In this document: positions 24,601 through 38,124 of the stretch, in pieces
How the letters are laid out: every line of letters starts with the position of its first letter
How positions within the stretch are numbered: position 1 is the first letter of the stretch
From: Hyphochytrium catenoides
Lineage: Eukaryota > Protista > Hyphochytriomycota
Direction: 5' to 3'
DNA: 64,000 nucleotides
Assembly: GCA_900088475.1 (NCBI GenBank)
Contig: FLMG01001375.1
Span: 1-64,000, forward strand
Notes under the pieces: model-generated
What the model was told of the DNA's origin: nothing
What the model saw: only the letters and a program-made list of their open reading frames with translations
The model's database searches: none
Position numbers and translations under genes: made by a program

Positions 24601-27134
24601 CCCTTAGCTCCCCTGAGCTCTTGCACATCGTGGCTTGTTGGTCCTCTTCGCTTCCCATGTTGCTCACCTTGCATCCAATCACAGTGCTACCCTGTAATGA
24701 ATTATCTACTTAGCCTGATACTTTATGGAGGTTCGATCTTTTTCCTACCTCCGGGCGTCTATTGTCTAATATTCCTACTTTCGTAGCTTTTGTTGGGTTG
24801 TTCGGCCTGTTCTCCGCCGACCAGTGTCACTAACTTATTTATGGTATCGTCTACCGTTCCCCAGATGTTCGGCACGGTTCTGGACATGTTCGCAAAGCAA
24901 GTCGCGGAGGGTGCGATGGATGCCTCGGTCTTATCGTCTGTGTTCTTAGATATCCTAGAGACAATGGAGGTAAGGTTCGCGCCAGTACCCTCAAAAATCA
25001 TTTGTTTAGTGTGGGTGGAACCACCGGGGCAGAGGTAGAGAGGATGACGATAAGCACGGGACATATAGCTTTCAGAGCGATCAAAGAGGTAAACTAGCGG
25101 ATCACGGAGGCCAACAAAGGTCCGGTGGCGAAGCCGCTTTCACCGTTATGGATTATAGAAGGAGGAGCTTTGAACGTGAGAAACGGACCATAGGCGGGAC
25201 CTTAGTCGAAACTGAGATAAAGCCATACCCGGTCATACTAGGACTGTGACCTCGTACTGACGCCGAAGATAGTGGAAAGACTTGCTTCCATGCTTCAAGA
25301 TGCCCTCAAGCGAAATACGAAGGATCGTGACTCCGAGGTCCGTGAGCTTTACTCTCCCTTTTAAAAAGTTAGGCTTCTCCGTCAGAGGCAGGCACAATGT
25401 AGAGGTTACGGTTTATAACGGAGAGTAAGGGGTAGATGTCTGCATGAGAGCGGTGACAGCCATGACCAATCTCATGTCTGCATGATCTTAAGGATCTGGA
25501 ATGTCAAAACTCCTTTAACATCTCTCCTTTTTTTTTCTGTAGCTAGCCGCGGATGATCCAACAACGGCGGATTATACCTCTCCCATGGTGGCAGAGTTAA
25601 ATGACGTGATCAACCGCTTGCAGGAGGAGATACTTTGGCTGGAAGGCGGACTCTCCCTGACGTGGAAAGACAAACTGCTAGGGCTTCACGCTTTAACGGG
25701 AAACGCTGAAGCCGCAATCGGGGTGAGTCCCTGGGCCATTTGAGAAAGTTCTTTACCGATGGGCTAGCAATACATCAGGGATGGCTGGGTTGCGGAGGCG
25801 CTAAGGCACAATAGGACATACGGTAGGGTTCATCGTGGAGCTAACGGTTGACTACTGCAGTTCTTCTGGTCCATCTTACAAGGCCCGGAGAGACCGAAGC
25901 TATCATTGCCTGGAATGGTAGGTCTCGTATCTGCTGTCTTTGGCTAGGCTGCATTCGATTACTTCTCGCGAGTGGGCCCCTCCTCTCACCTCCGAGGTTA
26001 TTAGATGGTCGGACCGTGCTGGGACCAGGGGTTATGCTCAATCCTATTTGCTCTGATTAACCTCTTATACTGCTTGGTTCTGTCCTTGTTTTATCAGGAA
26101 ACTCTCTTCCACCTGTTGCTTCGGAATGCCGAGTCCCAGCCTAGTGCATATGGGAACATCGAGAACTTGCTACAACAGATGCATAATAAGGGCATAGGAC
26201 CATGTATGGATCCAATGATGCCTTATTGCCTTTCACGGTCCTTACCTTTCTTACTACCCTCCACGATCCCATAACAATCTTTGCTCTCTAGCTGTCTCTA
26301 CGCGTACCTGGCTTCTTTACTCTGCCTTTATTACCGCCTACCCATCTACTGATCCTTTTAGATGCGTTAAAGCTTTCCGTGGACTCAGTTAGAACGATTG
26401 GTACCTGTCTCCTCTGTAGAGGTTGCTATCATGCCTCTGTGCTGCCTGGCGAGAAAGTTCCTCCTTGTGCTGGACTTTGCTCTCATCTAACGCCCAGCCT
26501 TCTCCCAGCTCCCTTTTTACTGCACGAGGTGACTTTGTTCATGGCGTTGCATGGTAAAATGGACTACAGTGCGGCTCTAAGCTTCTTGGAGCAATTTAGC
26601 ACCATGTATAACGTTAGGCCATTAGAGGTAAGCCATCGGTTAGACTAAGACCCAATGGGAGACCAAACTAGCTGATCTGTGTAAGCTCATCAGGACACTT
26701 TTGTGCGAGTCCTCCTCCAGCTCAGAGACCGAGAAGACAGGGCGGAGGTCCGTCGTCTAGTTACCGTTCTTAAAAAAGGAAAAGGGTTCTCCCCTGGTTT
26801 CCTCTGGTGGATTGACACACTAAATTCCAGTTGTCAGCGGAGATCAGCCATAAGGAGATAAAATGCGAACTCTCAAACACGTCCGAACAAAGTCACAAGC
26901 TCTCGGGACTGCAGGATACCCCAGATGTAACCTTTTACCGGTTTAATCGAAGGCGAAGATCAGTCATCTGCATCAAGAGGGTTAACGGTTGAAGTGACTC
27001 TTAGATCGTGGGTATCTTTGCACCCTGGCGCGAACATGCTCCCACTCAAGGTGGAGTCTGCAGGTGCCTCAAGTGGAGATGGCGAAGGGAAGCGCAAGGA
27101 TAGCGAACAACTACACTCACTTACTCCACAGTGA
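21686..27134 (+). CDS. Large unknown helical multi-exon protein
   Basis: Series of open exons bounded by GT/AG (e.g. MGFEGEGR|WQAVELLCQ|KHGEAPDEHE; the ORF segments at 22550-22885, 23570-24347, 24865-24969, 26098-26189 and 26362-26628). No recognisable family motif. Confidence 0.55.
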
Positions 27135-27497
27135 CGGAAACTCTCGTAAAAGTTGAGGGTGTGGATGACGAATGACTGAGATTTCGATGGGAAGGCCCGA
27201 CCAAGTAAAATATACGTGTCACTTTAATGTGTCTTCTCAAAGCGTCCTCTTGCAGTGGCTGGTTGTCCACTCTGGTTCGCGAACTCATGTCACTCCTCGC
27301 TACTAAATAGGAGCAATGGAGATAGGGACTAGACAGAGTATGCCATGAGAGGTCTTTAGCTACTAGAGCTTGTATGGCTTAAAAGAACTGGGTCCTTAAG
27401 TGCCGGTGGGCGATCTGAATAAGAGCAAAGCTCGCAGAAAAAGAGACGAAGGTGGGCAACGACTGGAGTACGTTGAGGGTTTCACAATCCCTCTCTC

Positions 27498-29289
27498 CTA
27501 CTTCCCACCCACATCCGCAGCGTCAGCAGGTGTCTTTGTTTCGGTGGCTCTCCACATCAGCCAGCTACCAAGCGAACGGTAAGGCTTCCATGAAGAGGAT
27601 AAAGAAACCATTTCCGCGGCGTCCGGAAGAGAAGAAAGAGAGTAGAAGATCTTCATCCCGCGCTTGACGCCAAGATCTCCAACAGGAAGAATATCTAGCC
27701 GTCCCAAGTGGAAGAGCAAGAACATGTCCACACTGCACATGAAAATTAAAAGCATGGCGCTTAGAGTAATATATACGCTAAGACTGACAGAAAGCGAAAA
27801 GGTCCTACCACTCCCATGAGAAGAGAGCGATGCAGCAGCAACACATAAAATGGCGGCGGGAAACAGGAGAGGAATATCTGCAACAACCGTTCCATCTTTC
27901 CCAGCAGGCAACCAGGTAAAAATCGACACACCTCCATGGGCCAATGCCCCTGACTTTGATCAGATTATCGGCGATGTCTTCGTTGTTCATTGTCTTCAGT
28001 TTCTTCTCATCCAAAGTCCTAATACGAGTGAGAGCTTTCAGTTTTCCAACGTCGAACGAGACCTAACAGAACAACCACTCGTATGACGGACACTGGGCGG
28101 CTCGAAGGCTTATGAAAAAGGTTCAGAGACAATATCATAGCCAGACAGAGGATCCTACCCATCAGCAAACTTTTCGGAGAGGTCGATGATGGACCGTGCC
28201 TTCGCCATTGACAATCCTAGAGTCCGTAACTCCTCTGGAGTCTTTTTTATCACCTAACCACCACCCAGCGCAATAAGCAAGAGCATAATCCAGCTGGCAA
28301 AGAAGTAAGGAAAGGAAGAACCAACTGCCAAAATAAAGAAGAAGAGGACCACTATAATATATGACTGTGTGGTTTAGGTTAGGAATGGCGCAGAAGGTAG
28401 AGGTGAAGCGAGGAAACTCGTGGCTACGACCCTACTTGCTGTGGAGTAGGATAACCGGTAGATCCAAAGTGCTTTAGAAAGCGCTGCAGTATTGCAAAGG
28501 CTGCAGAACCAGCAAGCTGCTGGTAGACTATCGCTCTCACAAGTGCTTCATATGCAGAGAGGTTCGCCGTAGTTTGGGCGTTCACAACAAACGGGGGAAG
28601 TCCATGCTTGTCCAGTAAAGGACCAAAGCCAGCCTTCCGCTTCAGAGAGAGTAGAGCAAACATTAGGGGATGCTACGGAATGGGTGATGGTCGATGTAAA
28701 ACGGACCAGAAGAGATAGAGGAAATGGAACTCATGGGGGGAATGCAGACCGACAAAGGAATTGCTTGCTTCAAAGTTCTTCTTACCAGTTGCTCTTGCGC
28801 TTTTTCAGCATGAGTGGCGTCCCAGGACTCTCCATTGTCTTGGCCCCGCGTATCTAGTACAGCCACGGTCTTCTTGACTTTCCTCTTTACCTGCTTCTTG
28901 ACGGTCTTCTTCACCTTTCCCGATTCTCTCTTTTCCTCTTCTTCAACTTTAATTACTTCTTCTACCTCCCTCGTGATGAACTTGCGCCGTCCACGAGGAG
29001 TTTTCTCCTTCTTATCGTTTGTTACCTCTTCCTCTTCTTTGACTTTCCTGATCGCCAATGTCTGCGCTTGTATGCGCGTTGACCTGCGTCTGCCTTCTAC
29101 TACCTGTAGGCCATGCTCTACTTCTGCTACATTCTTATCACTCGTTGACTCCAAAGCCTGTACTTCCTTTCTTCTTTTTCTTGGGGGCTCTAACGCCGTA
29201 CTAGAGAGGGCTAGGCTGGTCCCGTGCTGAAGGGACGGAGAAGTCGCTAGTGTAGGTGAAGAACTTCGAGGACGTGTTGAAATGACCAT
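27498..29289 (-). CDS. DNA-3-methyladenine glycosylase (AlkA/Mag1, HhH-GPD family) with basic N-terminal extension
   Basis: YEALVRAIVYQQLAGSAA, PTPQQV, LRTLGLSMAKARSIIDL, HhH motif LIKVRGIGPW, VDMFLLFHLGRLDILPVGDLGV, WKPYRS. Confidence 0.9.
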
Positions 29290-29962
29290 TGGAACTCTTT
29301 CCTCAAACTGCCACAATTGATGCCTCTAAAGCCGGCATCAGCAAGAGTTAGAGGTAGATAAGATTATTGAGATTAGCAAGAGCAGTCTACTCTGTCACGT
29401 ACCCAAAGATTGGCTCTGTTAAAGTGCCTTAATGCAAGCCGCTGAGCCCTGTGTGAGAGCCAGAGGGTCATTATTACAAGATAGTGAGAAACTTTGCTTC
29501 GACCGCAGCATCAAGCAGTCTCTGAAATATTTGTGAGGCAAAAAGATACTGGAGACACACCTAAGATAGAAGCTGTCCTCCAGATTCTTGTCTGCTTTGA
29601 CCCTTCTGAGCTTGGGAGTGCAACTACTGTCGCTCTAGTTGTCCTTCACTAGCCTTCTACCTGCTTGTATATCTCCCCACGTAGCCTGCCAGCTTGTCAT
29701 TTTGGCTCATTTTCATGCTCTGTCGGCCCTTCTTGCACCCATAAGCACTGTTCTCTGCAATATCTTGAAGGCCGAACACGGATCAGAACCCTCATGATCA
29801 TGCCCTTTCGGAGGGAAGATGATGGCGCCCCTGTTCGCGCCACACCAGACGGCAATTCAGTAATCAAAAACTAATAACTTGTTGGTGATTAATATGAACA
29901 TGATCTATATCTAGCGGTCAGCGGCTCTTCTTCACTCGCTAGCAGACCAACACTCTCTAAGA

Positions 29963-30676
29963 TTCTCATGATGGAACCTCTAATTCTACGGCCATTGGCA
30001 GGACACAGGACACAGACCGACTGATCTCCAGCTTGATCTCCCGACTGAGATGAGAGTTCAGCAGCTGACAATAATGCACTTTCGATCTCTGTGTCATCCT
30101 GTCAGTCATCCACTTTCCCTTTGCAGGTACTTGCGGACTGCTGCCCTGACGGCTTAGACTAAGGAAACGATGAGGCTATCAGAACCAGAGTTCCGAGTGG
30201 CCTCGATCAGAGCCAGCATTCAGGAATGGATAGACAAACTCGATGGCGAAGTTCCTGGTGGCATGACTGTTCGTTCATGAGAGGCATCTTCCTGAAGAGA
30301 AGCCGGCCTCAGAAGCGACGAGCAGAGGGGCAGCCTTGAGGGGCTGCCTTGAGAAACTACTCCTCAGGAAAATGCCTCTTATGAACGAACAGCCATGCCA
30401 GGAACTTCACCATGGAGTATATTCATTTCTTGGAGAAGCGAGCAACTGTGTTGGCTCTGATTGAATTGGAACTCTGGTTCTGATAGGCCCATCGCTCTCT
30501 TAGTCTAAGCCGTCAGGGCAGCGATCCGAAAGTAAAGGGAAAGTGATGAAAGACAGAATAACACAGAGATCGAACGTGGAACCCCATAGTTATTATTGCC
30601 AGCTGCTGAACTCTCTGTTGTCTGGAAATTAGGGGTCTGTGTCCTGACAATGGCCGTAGAACTTCCATCATGAGAA
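29963..30676. repeat. Long imperfect inverted repeat (~340-bp arms, ~60-nt loop); candidate hairpin RNA locus
   Basis: At least six collinear reverse-complementary blocks, including a perfect 24-bp pair (30140-30163 / 30499-30522) and a perfect 19-bp pair (30176-30194 / 30468-30486). Confidence 0.9.
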
Positions 30677-31111
30677 ATTTGGAGGAGAGCATTTGCTGCA
30701 GGGAGTGGTCTGAGCTCTATCTGGGAACAAGGGTGAGCCGCACAAATTGGAAGGGAAAGCAATGCTTTTCTGAGTCTGATTTAGTCGCTGCAGCGTCGGG
30801 AAGTTGCTACGGCGTTGTATGCTGTTGAGCACTCAGTGTCTTAAGGGGCCAAACGGGTAGGCAAATCTTCAACGTGTAATCTTGATACTCTTAATGGGCC
30901 AAACCCAGTCGTGATTTTTGGTACTCCTTTGTGAAAACTTTGTCTCAATCGCTATCTACAGAGGTGGTGCCTGTTGAGCCAGCGCTCGTGAAGAATCGAG
31001 AGGTGGGAAATGGATCTCCCAGGAGGTGATAATCGGGTAGGGTTCATAGATTGTACATTAATACGCAGGCGGAGACTACGAATAGCAGAGTGAGCTCCGA
31101 CTTCGTATGGC

Positions 31112-32842
31112 CTAGCTTGGAGTCCATAGGGAAGAACTCCCATCAAGTCTACTTTCTACTAGCTTGCGCCACGACCTGTGCAGCTCAGTCACCACTTCCC
31201 GGGCCTGGAGCTGGTGGGCAAAAACGGCCGCATTATTGGCGACAGACCATCTGGAAACTTGCATCGTGTCTCATTCAACTCACCGCTTCAATAGCTTTGC
31301 CATTAAAGGCGAACTGGTTCGCAGGCTTCCCGTCTGGGATCTTATAGTCTCGGAACCAGTCGTGGATCGCCTTCACCTTCCCAGGACAGTGCCTTTCCAG
31401 ATCTGATACGTCTGATTGTTGTCGTTGAAGATATTGTAAAAGCCCCGAGAGAAAGGTTAAAGATGGATTCAAGCGACAGGCAGGAAGAAAAACATGAGTA
31501 AACCTTGAAGCTTCGCAGCTAGAGGATCATCCATTCCAATGGCAAGAAGCTTCCAATCCGTTTCTCCGTCATCTATCAGTGCCAGAGCGCCCAGAAGTTT
31601 AACCTAATGGCCACGTCATTAGCTCCCGTTAGCTCACCCTTCACTTATGTCGGCCTACGTGTCGTGACCACCTCCGATTCGGGTCTGTGCCTGCCCTAGC
31701 AAAGGGAGAACTAAGATAGGTGGGCTTCTCTTACCTGGTAGACCTCTCCTACGTGCCGAATTTGGTCTCCTATCTCACATACATCAACCGGGTCATTATC
31801 CCCTATTAAGGAATAGGGTTGGTCAGTGATCCTCAAACAACTCCCAGTACACAGATGTTTGTCCACACAAACCTTTGCATCCCGTGGCTTTGTCCACTTC
31901 CTCCGGGTCTTCCCACGTCTGAGGCAAACAGCCGTAGTTGACTATAGACTTAATGGGATAATATCTAATAAGGAAAATATAATCCAGAAAGCAAGGAGTT
32001 ATTGAGAGAAGAGTCAATGGTCCTCAGTTGCGACCGATGGCGCTTGTTAAGGATAACTAGCGATCGCTGAGAAAAGTGGTAGAAAGGATAGGTGTCCCAA
32101 GACTGAAGTCTCTTACCTTAGCTTGCCGGCCTTGGTGTCCTGCTTTATGGGGTTGAACTCTTCTGTTGTTGCCACCTCATATTTTGCGGTGCCCCTACCG
32201 TGGCAAAACGGATAGATGGACTCTTAGCTGGCACTCTACTCCGCCCAGTTTTGCTGAAGCAATTCTTTTCAGATCTCTCCACTTGCCTTCAGATAAACCT
32301 ACCCAGTTCCCCCTAGGACTGCACTCCCGTCCTCCTCCTAAGAGCTCTTTTCCTACGCAGTCCAGATACCTTATCTCTGGTAGGCTGGCATTGCTTACGG
32401 ACTTACCCTCTAGGTATCTCGTTAACATAGTTAAAAACAAGGCTTTTTCTTATGTCATCTCGGCAAAGGGGAATGTGATGCCAGGGAGAAATTTTGTTTC
32501 CTTTGCTATCATGAAAGAACACTCGGAAGCTTGTCTCGCCCTCTCTGCCTACCGTCTTGCTCTTTAGCTATGGTTAAGAACCCACTTAGACGACAACAAA
32601 GAAGGAAGTCCAGCATCAGTGAAGGAGAGCTAGCCGGCTACGGGCCAACAGGAAGAACTAGATCAGCACGGAGAGCGAGACACGTAACCAAAGCAGACTC
32701 ACAATTTGCGCTGATCCTGCACGTTGGAGGAAGTGCAACACTGGTTAGGCCCCTTGTCGAATGGGAAGTGAGACGGGTTCTTACCACTGAGACCACGGAC
32801 TCTAGCCAGAGGGAGCTCGCGTAATCGCTTTGTGAGTGTCAT
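31112..32842 (-). CDS. Family I soluble inorganic pyrophosphatase, multi-exon, possible organellar presequence
   Basis: [103 protein letters not shown]. Arg/Leu-rich N-terminus. Confidence 0.93.
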
Positions 32843-33609
32843 GCTATATCTACGAAGGATAACAGAGCCAGCTATGGAAGCGGCCCTTATGCTACATCGA
32901 CACTGAGACAATGTCTACCAGCTTCTTCTACAAACCATGAGACTCTGACTGAGATGATTAGGGGACGGCGCAGATGGACGAAGATGACGATAAGAATTGT
33001 TGTCAAGAGCGCCGCACCTGCAGAAACTTATTACCGCCACAGTAGGACAAGTCCACGCCATCTTTCTGGTATTCAAAGCCTCAGCCATCAGCCATCATCG
33101 TTTATCAGGAATATATTCACTCCAGAATGAGCCCATGACAAATAGCTTTACAAGTAATTCGGCATACATACTCTATGTGAAGATGCAAGTACCACCAAAT
33201 TTTGAACTCAACCAAGTACGACTTGGATCCTCATCGACACCAGACAGAGATCAGGACTAGATATTTGGATATTCACAGAAAGCTCTTAGTCTCAGATGAG
33301 ATAGAGTAAACGGAGAGGCACACTGAATGAGATTTTGCCAGACGTGCTCTTGCCTTCGCAGTCAGGGCCGACGAGATGAGAAGTGCTTTGGAGCTTATTA
33401 CTCATAGCTCATAGCAGTGAAGCAGCAGCGCGCAGTCTCTATCATCGCTGCAGCTACCTCGCATCCAGCTTCATTAAGATATTATCTACCCCATTAATGC
33501 TGCATATACGGCGTTGATTTTGCAAGAAGGGAGAGCCAAACCTTGCAGCTAGAGTTCACGGCAGGGGGAAGGGGAATAGATCGCGTGGCAGATAGTAGTC
33601 AAAGTAGCC

Positions 33610-35803
33610 ATGGACGATAGGACCACTGTCTCCACTGTAGTCGTGGCAATCGTCCTACTGGTCTCCATTCTTTCGCTGACGTACGAGGCACCTAGAGGAG
33701 GAAGAGTTGTCCAGACTAAAGCCGATGGGAAGCACAATCTTTGCGTCGTAGGCGGCGGTATAGGCGGAGCTTCGACCGCTTTCTTTCTCAGAGAAGCCTT
33801 TCCTGACTCCAACATTATTCTGTTCGAGAAAACCGGAAGACTCGGTGGACGCCTTTCCTCCTTCTCTTACAACGGAACTGTGGTAGAGGCAGGGGGATCT
33901 ATCATACATGACAGAAATCGCTACATGCGGTTGTTCTCGACTGCCCTAAACAAAGAAGATGCCAACTTAGAAAGAAGAAGCTGGGGCATCTACAACGGGA
34001 AAGAGTTTGTTATCCGCACGGCCAAGTGGCAGATTGTAACGTTCTTCCGCATGTTCTGGCGCTATGGCCTAGACTTAATGTCTCTTTCCTCCGAGGTGAG
34101 CAAGCTCCTTTCGAGCTTTGATCGGATCTATGACTTTCTGGATGCTGGGAAGGCGTATGAGAGCCCGATCGAGCTCTTTAAGGCTGTTGGTAAGAGCTGA
34201 TTAGGGTGATCAGAGGATAGGGTTCTTACGATGAGGAAACAGGAACCAATAGCAAAGGTGGCCGTGAACTAGGATCAGCCTAGCGAGAAGGGGATGGAGT
34301 TGCGTAGTGGGAGATAGAGGTAATGCTCTTGTGGCGGTGTTCTGGGCATGAAGGAAATATGACCTGACTGCTATTGAGGCAAAAAAATGTGAAGCACCAA
34401 AGGAGAATGGTGAACAAAAGAAGAACCGGGAAGGCGCGATTAGCAGACTAGATTGTAACGGTTAACATCCCTGTTTCCTTCTGGCGTTGCAGATCTCTAT
34501 AACCTCACCCAGCAACGTTTGGAGGACTATCTTAATGCTAGGATCTCCACCCGGCCTACCTTCCATGACGAGATTTCTCACGCCATCAACAAGGTGAACT
34601 ATGGACAAACATTCAATATTAATGCTCTGGCAGGGATGGTTAGCCTATCAACCACTTCCGCGAAGCTATGGGCAGTTGAGGGAGGTCAACAGAAGGTAAG
34701 CCTGTCGTGATGTCAACAAAGTAGCTAGACTGCAGCCACCAAGACAGAATACGGAAGGGATGAGAAAAAGCTCTTTGTGAGGTCTGGTTGTAGGCACAGC
34801 GTCCTAGATATCCGTGCTCTAATAAGTGAGGGATGAACTGTTATATGAAGGTAGATAGAGTTTAAAGGAGAAACATGCATAGCGCTGTAACCGAAGTACT
34901 GACTCTTTTTCCAGCTCGTGGCAGACCTAATAGAGAAGGCACGGGCCGAAGTGCATCTTAACAATCCAGCCACAAGCATCACCAAGGGCGCGGCTGGGCA
35001 GTGGCTGCTAACAGCCAAAGACCGCACAAAGGCCGTCTGCTCGACGGTTACTATTGCCGCCCCACTCGAGTCAGCCGACCTTCAGCTTCCCTCAAGCATT
35101 CAGGAAAAGATCAACAGCTTCCCTCGTACTTCTTACTGGACCACACATACTACGTTTGTTCAGGGTACGGTGAACTCAGCCTTTTTTGTTCCTGAGGGGA
35201 AGAAGGCACCCCAGCAGGTGTTCACCATGGACTACAACGGAGTATTTTTCACCTCTGTGTCACTGCAATCAGGTAAATTGGTCTGTTCTTGCAAAACTAT
35301 TATGTGAGGTGGAAGATGCCTTCCTGCTGGCCGAGTCTCGTTAGTGGTCAAGACTGCTGCCTCTCCATGTCTGTCTCGCTATCCCTCCCAGCTATTTCGG
35401 GACTGACTTCGACCACGCAGCATGTCACTGGTATTCCACTGAGCCCGTTTGCCCCGTCATGTTCATGTTCCTCTCTGCAGGCACCAGAGATTTGTATAAG
35501 GTCTTCTCCAGGGAGGCACTCACTCAAGCGCAGCTGGAACTTCTCTTTGAACCAGGTTTCTCGGTTGTATCCAAATATCCGTGGAAGGCTTACCCCGAGT
35601 TCCAACCTCCTGAGGTGTTCAAACCCTTTATCCTAGATCCTGGTCTTTTCTATGTCAACGCGATAGAGCTAGGAGCTAGCGCCATGGAAGTCAGCGCGAT
35701 AGGTGGCAGAAACGCAGCCAACCTGGTGAAGCAGCACTTACAGCCATCACCTGCTGCTTCGGGGCAGGAGACGGACAAGGCAGAGACACACTCAGAATTA
35801 TGA
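33610..35803 (+). CDS. PCYOX1: Prenylcysteine oxidase/lyase, multi-exon, N-terminal hydrophobic signal, C-terminal HSEL
   Basis: VVGGGIGGASTAFFL, FEKTGRLGGR, VEAGGSIIHDRNRYM, MFWRYG, VNYGQ, LWAVEGG, YKVFSR, WKAYP, LFYVNAIELGASAMEVSAIGGRNAA. Confidence 0.9.
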
Positions 35804-37140
35804 GCACTCATTGGCTTGGCTAGTCTCAAGGCTATCTTTCTCTCTGCGGGCTCTGGACATTGCTCGCACGTTGGCCATGGTCACGGCTCGCTGCTTTAGG
35901 AAGGGCCAAATCTTGATATCTACCAATGCCTCAGGAGTCCGATGAGCTAGCAAAAGCTCATTACACAGCCGGGCCATTCCAGGAATAAAGATATCACACT
36001 CAATCTTCTCTTCCCCTGTATCTAAGAATAAAATAGAAGTCCAGCAACAGTAACCCTCGTAGCTAGTTCGAAAGCTCAACCTTTCTGGCTGTCTCTCCAG
36101 AGCCTGTGCCTGGGAACTCCGACCTGCTGCTCTATCGACGTGGATTCGACTCGTAGCCGTTGCTGGCCTTTCGTAGATTACGTTATAGAAACGTCGATTG
36201 AGCATGTTGCTTCCTGCTACACCCTCAGCAAGGGATTCTGTCATTAGCTCTTCTGCCTTCATATATTGACTCCAGGCTTCCAACCGGCTGGCGTGACCTT
36301 TGTCTTGTCTGCTCCAGAAAGAATAAAGGCGGTGAACTCTCAGTCTACTCTCAAGGGATCCTCACTCTCTTACGTCTGATTATAGCTCCATGATGCCCTT
36401 CGTGGGCCTAGCAGCCGTCTGGCAAATTCCCGAATGACTCTCTCATTCTCCCGAATCGCTTGCTGGTTTCTCTCTTGACGCTGGAGAGACGTCGTCACCT
36501 CAGCTAGATTGAGGAAAATGTCTTCGTGACAAAAGGCACCCACCTGACTAAAAACTGCAATTGCTTTCCTGATTAACGCTTCGTAGCGGCGCCGATGAAC
36601 CGGATTGAGAATCTGATTCAGCAGTTACCGTTAGAAGTCTAGAGGGTAAGCTTCATCTGGGCTTTAGACTGCCATTCTCTACCCTGCTTACCTCATGGCT
36701 CGTGCCACTTTGTTCAAGCTGCGCACCCAACTCAGCTATAATCGACTCCTCGTTGGACTCCCATATCTGCGATTTAGCCTCTGTTGTCCTCTTGTGCCCC
36801 AGCTCCCGCTCCAACAACAGTTGCGATTGCTCTACATGCAGCTACTCGGCAAAGTCAGGAAGGTGAGGCTTTGCTGAGGGAAGCGAAGCGCTAGTTTACC
36901 TCATCCAGTCTGACTTCTGCCTGCACAACTTCCTTCTTGAGCTTATCAAGAGCCTGATCGCATTGCTTTAGGCTTTCCTGCACGCCCGATAGAAGCCCAT
37001 GCACTGGCCCAACTTGCTCCAAGGCCTCGTTGTTAGGTGTGGCTTGGTCTATTGCATGCAGAGCAATAAGCAGATCCCGCTCTATCTTTGTAAGAGCCTC
37101 CAGACAGTCCGCCATAGCCCAAGTGTTGTTCCTTCGCCTT
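35798..37140 (-). CDS. Unknown coiled-coil protein, multi-exon; 5' end uncertain (may extend to ~37900)
   Basis: Four exons join in frame via GT-AG introns (MADCLEAL...LDE|LHVEQSQ...SHE|ILNPVHRRRYE...YNQ|QDKGHASRLEAWSQY...ANECS*). Confidence 0.6.
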
Positions 37141-38124
37141 CTTCAGCAACAGATTATCACAGCTGTGACTCGTTAGAATCGTAATTGGCAGGCTTTGGCC
37201 CTTGGCGACAGCTCAAGGATGAAAACTCCATCAGAATGACCATGTCACCGCGATAGCGTGCTAGGAGAACTTCCCACCATCAAGAATGTCCCCTAAAAGC
37301 ATTGCCAAATGTGGAATAGCACCAAGAAGCTACTCAAGGTACCGTGTTAAGACTATCTGCCTCCTCATGGATGGGCCCAGACGATCATTGAAGAACTATT
37401 GGAAAAGAAAGCTCCATCATCATTTCATCAATCTTCATCCTTCCCCCCAAATCCCAATAACCCATTGTTGATTATATCGATTTATACCAGTAGTTAACAG
37501 CAAGGGGGCGCTTTCTTTCACTGAGTGAAAGCTGTTCCTGATATCGGAAGCGATATCAGACTCCTTGCGAAACAGAACCGCTGAATACGGCTTATTAGGA
37601 ATCCAATTGCAATGCGGGTCCCAGTTACAGCAGTACAACCGCAAGATGAAAACGACAGTCTCCAGAGTTCCCCCTGGAGTCTCAGAGAACAGCATTTCTC
37701 TTCCCCGGCTGCGGAGATCTGAGTCTTCTCTGAGTCTCCATACCATCTGGAGCTACGTATCGTCTGTCAGGGTCAATGCCATTCCTATCTCAACGAGAGC
37801 TCAATGCGATGGGTTCGCAAAGACTGCATTGAGGGCGCCCATCTTAAGTTCAGGTGACGAAAGATCTCAAAAGCAATCTGCCTCCTGCCCGATTCTTGCA
37901 GAAAAGGTTGCGTCGCCCGCTGGTTGGAAGGAGAGGTAGAGCCACTGCTGACGATGCACCTAGGCGGCCAGCTGGAAGCTGGGCCTGTTAGTGAGCTCCT
38001 ACTATATTTGGCCTAAGGCAAAAGTAAACGTGAGAAGGAATCAACGGGTACATCGGGTACAGATAAATAAGTGTCCAGGGCCAGGACGGGGCTTGGACTT
38101 TGCTAGCTTCAAGTCAAATCTAAA

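Noticed and set aside
29660-29960. Extension of the long inverted repeat beyond 29963/30676
   Set aside because: Only scattered short matches. Not collinear enough to support.
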